A stretch of DNA of 56,607 bases, counting the filler, from Platydemus manokwari (Eukaryota), in the NCBI GenBank assembly GCA_037951405.1. It is 5 parts of 5 records of this genome, joined end to end, with 100 filler letters (N's around TTAATTAATTAA, not from the genome) between each part and the next. Parts side by side here need not be neighbours in the genome. Positions count along the whole stretch, not along the records: positions 25,555 to 35,414 come from JBBMOY011195988.1; positions 35,515 to 44,333 come from JBBMOY011344648.1; 3 more parts are not named here. One strand, 5' to 3'. Within the stretch, counting starts at the first letter, position 1; each line of letters begins with the position of its first letter. The position numbers and the translations under genes are program-made. The notes beneath the pieces are model-generated. The model saw nothing but the letters and a program-made list of their open reading frames with translations, ran no database searches and was not told the DNA's origin. Shown here piece by piece: positions 26,726-39,300 of the stretch.

Positions 26726-27149
26726 ACTATTGGGTGTGTCTGTTTGATGTCAAGGAGCTCCGTTTCCAATTTGCTGAAGTTATTTGTATAATGGTCTGTT
26801 TGATATTTTCCTTGTATCTTTCATGTTATTTTCAAAAATTTGTTGCTATTTGTAGGTATGTGCCTGTCGATTACTAACTTCTAAATATGGATTAATACTA
26901 GAATGAATCTCACACGTGTGCTTAACGAATATGTGTGTCGACTCTTTTTAGTGTTATTCCTTGATCGAACACTTTTTTGGACATTTTAGTGCATCATTAA
27001 ATTAAACGACATTGATAAAAGAATTAATAAAATCATTGTGTTAATTGAAGAGACACTAATAGGATTTAAAGCATCAGAATCATTATCTAGAACGTTCCAC
27101 CTATCTCTATTTTTTGTTGAAAGCCGAGGTCCAGTTAGATCAGTTAATT

Positions 27150-27470
27150 AAAGTTCAAATGCTATCTGAGGGTCAAAAGGAACTCAGTAGGCCGAGACGT
27201 AGATAGTGAGCGTAAAAATCATCATTCCGATAAAAATAATTAAACCATATTAGATATATTAAGATGGTTACTAGAGTTGGATATTTGAATAGTATTTTTT
27301 GGTTACAATTTTGATCAATGAACGGGTTTAACAAATTTTGTCACTCTCGTCAACTAATTTAAATAAGTGAAATTCGTCATAAATTCATAATCGTTACTGC
27401 TCAATTTAACACTATTCATGAGTATTCTGCTAAATTTGTTGGGGTTTAAGGTTATTAAAACTTCACAAAG
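27150..27470 (+). repeat. Unclassified dispersed repeat, segment C (inverted relative to 11380-11770)
   Basis: tgctatctgagggtcaaaaggaactcag matches the reverse complement of ctgagtccttttatgaccctcaggtagca (~35330). Confidence 0.6.
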
Positions 27471-28669
27471 ACAATAATATGACGACAGTCGTGTTTCAAT
27501 ATGTATACCAATATATACCAAATTCTTTAGAAGTATAAGAGTATTTTGCATAAAATAATATTGAATATTTTTGTGTTAATATGGGGAGATTTAAGGTTAA
27601 TAGACATTATCATTCCATGTAAATTAGCAAACAAATTTAAGATGACAGTTAACGAACAAAATTACTATTCGTATAAGCTAAATTCAATGAAAGAGAAAAA
27701 ATCATAATGGATCAATAACCGGTTTAAATTTTGTGTCTATATAAAGAGTTGATGATCTTTGTGCAAATGTATGCATTTAATTTCTTTAATTAGCTTGAAA
27801 AATTGATGTTTTTAATATTTAAAAAACAAATATTTAGAATACACAAATAAGATTTACAAATAAATCTATTAAAATTTTTCAATTATTAAAATTTTCGTTA
27901 AAGTTTGTTTTAATTTATAAATATACAAATAGATCATAATATCAAATAAACACTTTGTAGTATCTCTAGTTTAACACGATGAATAATTTTTAGTTATATC
28001 ATCGCCAGGATTAGAGTAAATTAAATTTTCACTTTAGGAAGTGGATTTTATTTTTATTTAATCCATGTCGAAAATTTGAAACAATAGTAAACATCAATAA
28101 TTTGAAATCCATTTTCAGCTCCATTATGCATTTTTGTAATTGTGGCGTTCCAACTATGGTAAATTGAAGACTATTTTTGCTATGCAAAGATTGATTTTAA
28201 TTTCTTTGTACGAAAAATAGTTATAGTTTTAAATACATTTTTATAATGTTCCATGAAGCAAAGCAATGTTTTATGGCAAAGCAGCATTCGTTGTGAACAA
28301 AAGGAATTTGCAATCGGTGACATTAAATTTTTTGGTTTAGTGTCAATCCATTGCGATACATTTGTATTCATAAGATTATTTTTCAATATGGTATTAACCT
28401 TTGTATAATGATTTTCTTTAATATAACAAGTCTATTTATAAGGACTATTTATAACGCATGCATGTCCATTTTATTAAACTTTTTGAAGCTATCATGATTT
28501 AAGAGAAATAACCTTTTTAGTACAAAAATTGTCAAACAAATTAACTTACAAATTTATAAAAAAATTAATGAGTACGGTTATCCTTCAGAGACGGGGAAAG
28601 CAAAACTAATTACTTTACTATAGATTTTATAAATTATATGTTATTAAAAGACAAATCTTTTTGAGTTAA

Positions 28670-29640
28670 AATTACAAGTGATCCTTTATTAAGAATTTAT
28701 TTTTGTCTTAAATGGATACCTTTGTCGATGAATTATAAATCTTAGATAACCAAATTAAAAATAATTAAATATTACAAATGATTACAAAATAATAATAACA
28801 TGTCTTGAAAATACATAGTTAGAAGAGTCAAATTATCAAGTTGAAATAATTAAGTATTTCATAAAAGTTATTGTTGGGAATTGTCTGGATTCGAAGTTCG
28901 AAGATTTTCCAAATGAATTCTTGCCGATATCAGGCGTCCAAATCTATGCTCCAGCTTTGGGTGACCCACGTTTCCCGCTTGGGGTTTGGTTTTATGGGCT
29001 TCATAGCTATTGATTTACTGGGTCTTTCATCTATTTGTGTACCGAATCTTTGTTGCCTCGTGGGGGGTGATTTTGAGTAGAGCACGACTAGATGCTCCAT
29101 GTCGTTTTCCCAACAATAGCTATTTTATTCGAAGTGTCGTAATACATTATGATCCGAGAAAAGAAGATTCTGCAACTATTTTTAGTAACTAAGTCAGTTT
29201 TAAAAATAGATCATTCCAATTTAATGAAAATATCAACTAAAATTGTTGGTTGTTACTAAATTTATCTTTGCCATGTAAATGATGCTAAGAATAGTAACAC
29301 ATATAGGATGGCGCTCGGGTGGCCTGAGATCAGTGCCCTTTAAATTTTCTGAAACGAACCTTTTGACTGGCCCATCTCAATTTTGGTTAAGGGTGCTTCC
29401 TTGTTATCAAGTAATCATCAATATCCTGATTGGTCGAATATCTTCAATGATCACTGTAGTATTTTAAATAATAAAAGTCAATAATAAGATTGGAAAAAAT
29501 AGCGGAGGTTTAAATTCCAACTAAAGTTTATTTACTAGAAAATAAAAATTTTATGAGAAAACATCGTAGATCAAAAAGCTGCCATTAAAATTTAAATCAG
29601 AATAATATTCCAAGAATAAATTAAAGCTTAAATTTTCAAA
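28670..29640 (-). mobile_element. Putative LTR-like repeat, boundaries approximate
   Basis: GC-rich non-coding island. On the minus strand CCAAT (~29430), TATA-like TTTAAA (~29340) and AATAAA (~28685) occur in LTR order. No TSD found. Confidence 0.3.
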
Positions 29641-29651
29641 AATATAATATA

Positions 29652-31158
29652 TCATAGATTACGTGTATTTTAAGACCCCTTTCATTTTTAGTTCAAAAAT
29701 TTTAGAAAAACCTAAATTACTTTTTTTGTCATATAAACCATGAAATTCTTTTTTCTCTCAAACAAATCTGCTGCTTCCACGTGTTCATAACAAGTTTTGC
29801 AGCTAATTCATTAATTTCCTCTTCATCTGTGTCTGAGGAATCACTTTGGGCAAAATAGCATCCAAGGCATTACTAATACCTGTTTTCTTAAATGATTTGA
29901 TGATAAAATCTTTCTTGATGGCATCCCATGAAGTTTTCACCCATTGGCAGACTTGTGAGATTGTTGGCTTTTTCAACAGACTTGATGGAGTTATATTTGA
30001 ATCAGATCCATTTGGTCCACTCCTCCTTTATGTTTGCCTTTATTGATACAGACATCAAGAGGGTGTAATTTGCTTGTGAGACCACCTGGAATGACTACTA
30101 ACTAGGTTTTCCATTCTTTAGCCTTTTGAATTACCTTTTCCGTCAAATGTCCTCTAAAAGGATCAAAGAAATTTCTTCTTAAATAGGCCTCCAGGGCACC
30201 AAGACTAAACCTTCTCAAACAACAAGGCCATGACTTGCTGGTCCATTCATCCTTTTAAATGAACATAAATCAATACTCCTGTGGAGATTTTGTCTTTATG
30301 CCTGATTTTACGTTTGAAGATTAATAGTGGAGGCAACTTGGTGTCATCAGCCATACAGGTCAAAACACAGGTAAAATGAATTTTTTCATGACCTGTTGTA
30401 CGAATTGTAATTATCTTGGCTCCTTCCTCATCAATTGTATGATTATCAGGACAATCCAAATTCAGAAGCGTTTCATCCATATTACCTATATGTGACAATT
30501 TATAGCTAAACCGTTGACTGGCACAAATTTGTGGAAAGATAAGTCTTTTTCTTCATAGAATTCAGGCATTCGTTGGACTAACTTTATTCTTGTTCTTATT
30601 GCCAAACTCTGACATTTTCTAAATCTGTAGCACTAAACTGGACCTCCCTTTAAGTCATTGATATCTTGAGTTTGTGGAATTTTCTTAGCCTCCTGCAGGA
30701 CCATCTTAGTGGAGACTACAATGCCTCTCTGACGATGCTTAAGAATCCAAATTTTCAATTTCTCTTGAAGCTTTGGGCACTTTGCTGCACATTGTTCAAA
30801 TGATCTTCTTGTTTTTGCCATGTCCTGATCATCTTGGCAGTAGGTGGAAGCCCAAATTCTCGTTCTGCAGCTCTATTTCCATTGATTTTGGCAAATTCAA
30901 CCACTTTTAGCTGTATCTTGCAGTATTAGAATTTCGCCTTTCAGCCATTTTACGGGAATCAGTAAATTGTATACAAATTTGTGAGCTGAAATATCGATTT
31001 GTAGTGTAGCATCATAATAACGGCAGAAAACTAGCTGATCACACTCATTAATTGTTGATCCAGCAAAGCCAAGTTGCTGACTACACTTGTTAAGACCCCC
31101 CGGATTTTAGACTGAATTTTTTTCAAAAAAGGTAGGTCTTAATACACACAATCTATGG
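29652..31158 (-). mobile_element. pogo-superfamily (POGK/Passer-like) DNA transposon with disrupted transposase
   Basis: Imperfect TIRs tcatagattacgtgtattttaagacc / ggtcttaatacacacaatctatgg, TA on the left. Minus-strand pieces: Brinker-type DBD (KVVEFAKINGNRAAEREFG, ATG ~30948), CENP-B HTH (30633-30821), DDE_1 motifs NMDET, DPFRGH, IPGGLTSKLHPLD. Frameshifts and stops. Confidence 0.92.
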
Positions 31159-31771
31159 AAATTAAAAATGATTACTATCTATTCATAATAGTAAGTAGGT
31201 GATTTATTATTTAATGATAATTAATATTTAAAAATATAAAACCGGTGATATTTATTGTGATCACACATCATCAATTTTTTTTATTGGCACGGCTACAACT
31301 CGTTCTATATTCTTTCAGTTTAGAAGCAGGATACTCGAAACTCTTAGTTGATGTTATCATCTCGATATTTTAATATGATCCAATTATTAGTGTCTTCCCT
31401 ACTAACATGTGTTTTGAAATATATTGTGTAAATCTCAATGAATTTTTATATCAGAATAATTGGTAAAGGAAATCGGACATTTTATCACGCTAACCTATCG
31501 GCGGTTCCGGGATATTTTGTTTTCATAATTATAATTAATAATTATAACCTCTCCACTTTAAACTCCTGTATCTCTTCGAATATTTATTCGATTTTAATGT
31601 TTATAACAGATTTTAATTTTATGTTCCATTTTGTATCGACATGTAACAAAATGTTAATGAAAAGCATATTTTAAAAATGTTTGGAGGATTAATTATGAGG
31701 CTTTTCGCTTCTGCAAGGGCATGAAACGGGTGTCATGAAGCTTATTAATGATGTTTCCATTACGCTTAGAA

Positions 31772-34115
31772 CAGTGGTTCTCAACCTTTATGAGGCCATG
31801 CCCCATCAAAGTCTAGTTAAAATCCAGATGGCCCCCATATATAGAACAGATCCGAAAAATTCTACAATCATAGTAAAAGTAATGTATTTTATGAAAAACA
31901 GGAACTACAGAATCAAGATATGCAAAGCAAAACTACACAGCATAAATATAAAACAAATTTAGTGAAAGCATTTCAATAAATCAACATATTTATAATTATC
32001 CTTCACTAAATTGTACACAGCTAGTGAGATCTTTGTGCTTGATGTTTAATACAATGAGATTTTATGTTAGGTACCAGTTTAGACAGTTTTGCCTTAAGTC
32101 TCCCCTTTCGATGATATCAAGTCGATTTCTTTTCCTCCGTAGCAAATCAGTAACAGTACTAAAGCCACATTCAGCTAAATATGAAGATGAAAATGACAGC
32201 AACAATTTCCTTGAAAATTTGGTTAAATTTGGATATTTAACGACTGTCTCATAACACAACCATGCCATTAACCCTTTCCTACTGAACAAAGTTTTTATTG
32301 AATCATCAACCTGCATTTCTGAGAATTCTTCTTGGTAAATCAATTTGTTTCAAATCAGAAAATCTTTCATTGAAATCAGATGCCAATATTTTCAGATGAT
32401 CCACGATTACAAACACAGCAGCATCAGTTACCTCACACTTTTTTAGCCCATGAAATAGTTAAAAGTTTCTTTCAGAAATATGTTTTTGACATAAGCCTAA
32501 TAATGTGATCAACAAGAGTTTTGTTTGTACCCTGAAGCTGTGAATTCAACACATTCAGTTTTCTGAAAATATCTGACAAGTAAATGTCAAATGCTTTACC
32601 ATCCATGATTAGTAGATTTTCCATTTCGGTTTTATCTCATAAAAATTCACTAAGAATATCAAATAGTTCCATGAATCTTTTTAAGCAACTCCCCTTCAAC
32701 AGATATCTGACCTCAGTTTGAAGTAAAAGTCTCACATGGTCTGCATTCACATCTTTACAAAATTGCTTGAAGAGACGCTCATATTTGCCATTGGCTTTGG
32801 TGGCATTGATAAATTTTATAACTGATTTCATAATATCATTAAGCATAGGAGAAACATTTTTGGCCACTAAGCTCTCTCTATGAATACGCATTGCCCAAGA
32901 ACCATGTCAAGATTCGCATCTTTCATCAATTTTAAGCAGCCCGATTTCTTCCGATCATAACCTGAGCACCATCTGCAGCACAAGATGTTATGTTTTATAT
33001 TGGTATGTTATTGGTCTTGAAGCTTTTTGTATATATATCAAAGGTGGTGGTGGTCTCTAAAGATTTGCAAAATAACAGTTCTTCAGCAAATCATCTTTAT
33101 CAATATATCTTACATTGGTTAGCAATATGGTCTCACTATCCCTAACAGTTGATTCATCCAGCTGTAGTGTGAAATTTCTTGATTTTAGCTTTTCAACAAG
33201 TTGTGTTTAAATGCCATCGCTCATTTCATCTATTCGCCTTCTGACAGTATCATTACTAAGTGACATGGCTTTCACATCTCTGTCATCTTTTTCCAGAACT
33301 CTTTTAACATATGCAGATATTACCGGTTTAAGTAATTCCTCTCTTATGATATGATTTTTCCCAGATTTAGTAATGAAAAACTAAATTTCATAATTAGCCT
33401 CAAGAGTACGACTGATCGAAACAGTTTGTGCAGTGAACAGAGACTTTATTGTTGATGGCTTTTCAAACTTACCTTTTAAAAACTTGAAATAATGTAAATC
33501 TGAATCTACATATGCACTATGTTTCGCCATTAAATGAGCCTGAAGACGACATTTTTCATTGATTCATTAGACAACGATTGCTGGCATAAAAGGCAGACAA
33601 GTAAACGTTTATTATGGATGGCTGGCATGAAGCCCCATCTTAAGTATTCATCAGCATATTGACGAACATTTTTCTTTTCGCAGTAATTATATCACTGTTA
33701 GACATTGGGTTCATATCTAAATGAAATAAACATAAAAAATACTCATGGAAATTGAATAAGATAGACCGTTGTTTTAGAGGTATGAAACAATTATTGTAGA
33801 TACTTAAAATGTCAAATCAGGCTTTAATTTACACTAGTAACTAGTATCAACAAATCGACACAAAATGTAATATGACACATTTAAACACAACAGCATAGAT
33901 TGATTAGCCACTGAATCATAGACTATAAACCCATAGATTAGGTAGAAAAGAACTTTTGCATCGCTATTAAAATATATTACATGTAAATTTGAAATATAAT
34001 TCATTGTTAATAACTAATTCTAAAATAGTCAACTCAAACAAAAAATATCCCTTTGTCCCTATAAAAAAATGGATTACCCCCTTGTGGGGCATACGCCCTA
34101 CCTTGAGAATCACTG
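31772..34115 (-). mobile_element. Buster/Charlie-type hAT transposon, full length (2344 bp), transposase disrupted
   Basis: TIRs CAGTGGTTCTCAA / TTGAGAATCACTG. 8-bp TSD gcttagaa / gtttagag (6/8, nnnTAnnn). Motifs: BED-like RQYADEYLRWGF..CLLCQQSLSNESMK, LQLDEST, DGAQVMIG, IHRESL, TEVRYL, SSYLAECGFS, RNRLD. Confidence 0.95.
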
Positions 34116-34592
34116 GTTTAGAGGATAGCTAAGAATGTCAAGTGGCGTTTTTTAATGTTGATAGAGTCCAAGACCATTTATCATCAAGAAAAAATGATAA
34201 GTTATATTAGAAAACCTTAACTTTTTGTTGATATATTTTTGGGTATACTATGAGTATTGATTTGATTTAAGTTGAATCAGGATAATATAAAAGTTATGTT
34301 ACAGTTAATATATATGTTGGGGTTTGGGACTAAAAGTAACTTTCTAAAAAGACTATGATCCGAAAATGATTGTGCATCGAAGTATAAAAGTATTCCCCAT
34401 GAAATGATATTGGATATTTTTCTGTGCAAAAATTTCAGGAGTTATGCGCTTGACATAAATTAAATACAATATGAATTAGATAAAAAATAATATTATAATA
34501 CCAGTTTAAAATAATACAATTTAAAATTTTCAAAGAGAATTTCTCTCTGCTATAAGGGAATTAGTAACAGAGAATTTCGCTCTGCCGTAAAT

Positions 34593-35175
34593 ATTCGTGG
34601 ATAGTATCTACGAATAAGTTATCGTAGCGAACAAATCACCAAAAAATTCAAAGCAATATCCGAGCCATAAAAATCATCGCGAAAATCACTAGTCAAAAAT
34701 GAATCCACTGCTAAGAACTACTGCGAATCAGCGCATCTGACCAACAGACCTACAGTTAGCACTCATTCGTAAACGCTAACCAATAGAAAACTGCAGCTAC
34801 GAGCAGAGTTTCAGCTAACTGAGGTATAAGCCTAATTGTCTAGTCATTTCGTATCTTTCGTTTTCTCCTACTTTTTGTTATAGTTTTTATTCATTATACG
34901 GCTAACCCCGTATCGTGGATCTTCCCTCCTGGTTAAGTGAGTCAACCCTTCGACACCTCTGTGTTCACATACCAATTATAATTAATTTGTTATCTATTGT
35001 CTTATTGTATCTATTGTTATCATTTATTTGTTAATTATACATTTTCAGTTTATTTTGCGTTATTCATATTTATCATAACTTATAATTATCTAGAAATCGC
35101 AACCTATATCCATACTAACACTTCACACGAAACAGCAGATTGTTTGGAGTCCGATCTGAGTAACACACCACGACA
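34593..35175 (+). mobile_element. Putative solo LTR
   Basis: 3' end CCACGACA is near-inverted to 5' ATTCGTGG (expected TGTCGTGG). Internal CCAAT (~34780) and TATAAG (~34826). No matching TSD. Confidence 0.4.
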
Positions 35176-35307
35176 ACACAAATAACACGTCTAATAATAG
35201 ATAATATACTAGAAATCTAATAAACAAAATGATTATTCTGTTGCGTTTAGGGGTCACTCTCTTTTATTCTAGTTTTAACTTTCACCCTTTTCTTTTATGA
35301 TAATCGA

Positions 35308-35414
35308 TTCTAAGACTTAATCAGTACTCTGAGTCCTTTTATGACCCTCAGGTAGCAATAAAACCTTATATTGTTATTTGTTATTGTTCGCCTCGACGAC
35401 CACGACTTATATGA
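35308..35414 (-). repeat. Unclassified dispersed repeat, segment C, truncated by gap
   Basis: Homolog of 11655-11760 including the minus-strand CATATAAG. Confidence 0.7.
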
Positions 35415-35514
35415 NNNNNNNNNNNNNNNNNNNNNNNNNNNNNNNNNNNNNNNNNNNNTTAATTAATTAANNNNNNNNNNNNNNNNNNNNNNNNNNNNNN
35501 NNNNNNNNNNNNNN
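35415..35514. other. Assembly gap with six-frame-stop linker
   Basis: 44 N + TTAATTAATTAA + 44 N, followed by (ATT)n. Confidence 0.98.
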
Positions 35515-36047
35515 ATTATTATTATTATTATTACTTTTATTATTACTTCTATTATTACTATTATTATTACTATTATTAAAATATTATTTTATATTATAAT
35601 AAACTATTTCGACATTATTTTACTCAATTTAATATTTGAATGTGATATCTGTCCTTTTTATAAAAAATTTCCATTAATTCTCGAAAATCCCAAATTTTCA
35701 GGTTATTTTGGAACGTTTTTTGAGCACTCGTTGTTTTCTTCATTATTTATCTTTTTCATCCGAAATATTTTTCCAATTAATTGAAACTTGGTAACACCTT
35801 CACATACAATGTTATTTGAATGGTGTTGTATTATTAACAATAACAAACCATTCAACCTTGCAAATTAAAACAACGATTACGTTATTGTCTTTCATAAAAG
35901 ATGAAATTGAACTTGAAAACATTGAAAAAGGGGTTTACACAAATTATGGATAATTAATTATTGTTTGATTTGATATAATATGATTTGTTTATATTTTCCA
36001 ATGGTAAAATAATAACAAATCAAATCATTCTAACATAAATCGAATAA

Positions 36048-36396
36048 CCGTATTTTTCGGACGATAAGACGAACCGAATTAAAAGATGCATAAAACGAAA
36101 CAAAACAATCCTATAGGTCAGACTTTATTCAACTCATTAACAACAACAAACATAAATCACAGAAAAACACACTTATTTTTCAATCATTCCTCTTCTCCAA
36201 ATCCATCAAGTTCTTCATCAGAGTTTAACAGTTGGGCTATTTTAACAGATTTTGTGAAGATAGAAATTGGTTCGAGATAATTGGGTCCTCAGCACAGCCA
36301 TGAGTCATACACAAGCACACAGGAATATAAGGCGCATTGCCGATTTATTAGCAAATATAAGGATTTTAAGTGCGCCTTATAATCAGAAAAATATGG
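36048..36396 (-). mobile_element. Non-autonomous pogo-like element (MITE-sized deletion derivative)
   Basis: TIRs CCGTATTTTTCGGACGATAAGACG vs reverse complement CCATATTTTTCTGATTATAAGGCG, TA on the right, subterminal TATAAGGCGCA repeat. Retains an acidic transposase-like tail IAQLLNSDEELDGFGEEE* on the minus strand. Confidence 0.8.
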
Positions 36397-39300
36397 TACA
36401 TGGAAAGATTGAAATTTCTTCATCGTAAATGTGCTATTAAATATTTTATCGTAAATAAAATCACCTTTTCCAATCAATGTGAATGATTATTTAAACATTA
36501 TTTTCAAACAGAAAAAAGTTTCAAATGTTTTATGATAGAAAAAAATGTCAAAAATCATGATTAAAATGAAAACGAAACGATTTGCAAAGAAAAATTTCAT
36601 GCTTTTTATTATTTCATTGGAAATTGTACCCAGATGATGCCAAAAGTCAAACAAATTTTGAATAAATTATTTTTCAATAACCAGCAAAGTTAACTGGTCA
36701 ATAAATAAAACACGCTACTGACAATTTGTTTTAGCTTGGTTAATTTATAAAATCATTAATTTTTATCAATATATTGATTTTACAACGTTTAAATTTTATT
36801 AATGATATTTTATCTCAAATTTGATGTTAATTTAACGGTAAATATGTTTTATTATTATTGTTAATGAACAAGAATGTAATAAATGTTTCAAAATAAGCGC
36901 TTATGATTATTATTATCGGTTGGTTAGTTTTGATGATAATAATTTATTTTATTTATACTTGTCAAATAAATTTCCATTTTGATATTTAAAAGTTCTTTTT
37001 AATAAAAACCATATTATTGTTTAATGTTTCAGCACAAATAATTTTAACATCGATATATTTGATAAATAGACGATGATAAAATACGGTTCAATACAATTTT
37101 TATTTCTGAAAGAGTGATGACGTCGAATAGAATCTGATCAACAATTAAAAATTACCCAATATCCACTAACATATATATTTTGTATTAAGCAACTTTCACG
37201 ATAATTATAATCTAATATCAATTGAATTTATCAAAATTCGATCAGTACCAGTTGGACAGAATATAATGCTGAATGTTTTATTTTAATAATAACTAAAGGA
37301 GTTTATTAATATTTTAATAATATATAAGATGTGATAGCTGCATCAGATATATAGAGGTAATTTTATTTCAATGATAACTGCTAAACCTATAGATTAGTGT
37401 CCATTAAAGAGAAAGTAAAATTGATGATAACACGGAATCAAAAATGAAATTAAAACCGATGTTGACAGCAAGAATAAATCATCAAGATGTCTAGTATAAT
37501 GACATTAGATTCAAATGTATCAGTGAGATGATTAAGAGGTGATGTATTCGAGGTCCAATTGGATACTGATGTGTAGAAGATATATGAAACTAGTCGATCA
37601 GTTGTCAACATTTTCAACTTTGATAAATCTCAATCAATACCACCATAACATTTTTGGGGTTAAATTAATATAATATAAATTATTTCTAAACATTATATTT
37701 ATAATCAATCTTGGTTCTGTTTTCAATGCCAATTTATAAAGATTAATTGATTGCATAATTTTTCCCATTTTTAACTGAATAACTTATAATCGTACATTTA
37801 TTTTTCCAGTTTATTTATTTGTTTATATTGATGTCATTTGTATAAGTTTAAGAAAAAGGTACTTGATTCCACCAAATTTCTAAAGCAACATTAATCAATT
37901 GGAATGTACATCTACTACAATATCCATCAAATTTGTACTATAAAATGATCTTTTATTTAATTTTAAACAGCAGAATACACCAAATAATGATTTCAAATAT
38001 GATGGATTTTTCACGAAACTTTTCAAAATTATATTTATTTGTTAAATCAAATAACAATAATAATAATAATGATAATAATAATAGCATTTTTTGAATTAAA
38101 AGTTTTATGGTTTTATTTATATTAATGATAAAACAAGAAAAAACAAATACAGTAATGCATTTCTTTTTTATTTTTTTTATGAGGATTTATGAAATAAATT
38201 AGGCAACAAATATAAAGCAGCAATATAAGAAAGCTTTTGAGTATCTTAATGGAAAATTAATTGCGAACAGTGTGTCGAAATATTTTCGTTGTTGAAATTG
38301 TCAAAGAAAGTAAATAACGAAATTAATAACAAATATTCACAAGCCAGGAACTCAACATTTAATTACTTCTTTTTATCAGATAATTACCTAAATAAATTGA
38401 CGAAAATATGTGTGTGTGAGTGTGTGTATATATGTGTGTAATGACATATTGCCATCATTATTAAATTTGTATGGGTTAAAATTTTGTAATTTTATGTATA
38501 TTTTTACGATTAAAATATTATTTGATTAATTTTGAAATTCAATTAAAGTTATCACAATGAAAACATATAAATTTCATTCTGAAATGCCATTAGTGAAATA
38601 TCGATTTAATTATTGGCTACCAATTTATAAATATCGATATTTTATGCTTTTCGAAAAAATCAATAACGTTGAATTGAAATTGATGAATAAAATACAAAAA
38701 CAAAAATCAACCGTATCGATTTTCATAATAATTTCAATTATTTAACTTAAATTTTTTCATTAAGTTTTCATTTTCATTTATAAAACAAAAAAAATAACAA
38801 AAAACGAAATTGGGTATATGTAAAATTATACAATTTTTCGAAAACCAATTAAAGTCATAGAATTGTTTGATATTATCTAATATTGAAATTTTATACCAGT
38901 TGATATGAGAATAAATTTGCATTAATAAGTGATGGAGTTAAATATAAAGAAATGTGGTTTTATAAAGGAACTGTCCAAATGGTGACATTCAATGAAAATT
39001 TCTAAAACTTAATACAGAATTCAGAACTTCTTTTCAATGAATATTCTATAAATTAAAAAGAAACTGATTAATTTGTTATTTCAGTTATTGCCGAAGTTTA
39101 TATTTGTGGATTTCGAATAAGTAAATTGAATATTTTATGAGCTCCACAACTGCCAATTTTTCGTAAAAACAATTTATTCTACAATATTCATTCAAGTGAT
39201 TATGTTTGTTTTATTTTAATATTCATTTTTGAAGCCACTTGTCTTTTATATATTTGTATTATTTATGATAAAATAAATATTTGCTTATTATGGGTTTAGG

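Noticed and set aside
28180-28386. Cys-containing minus-strand ORF resembling a piggyBac C-terminal domain
   Set aside because: Needs frameshifts, and no TTAA/TIR or catalytic region was found.
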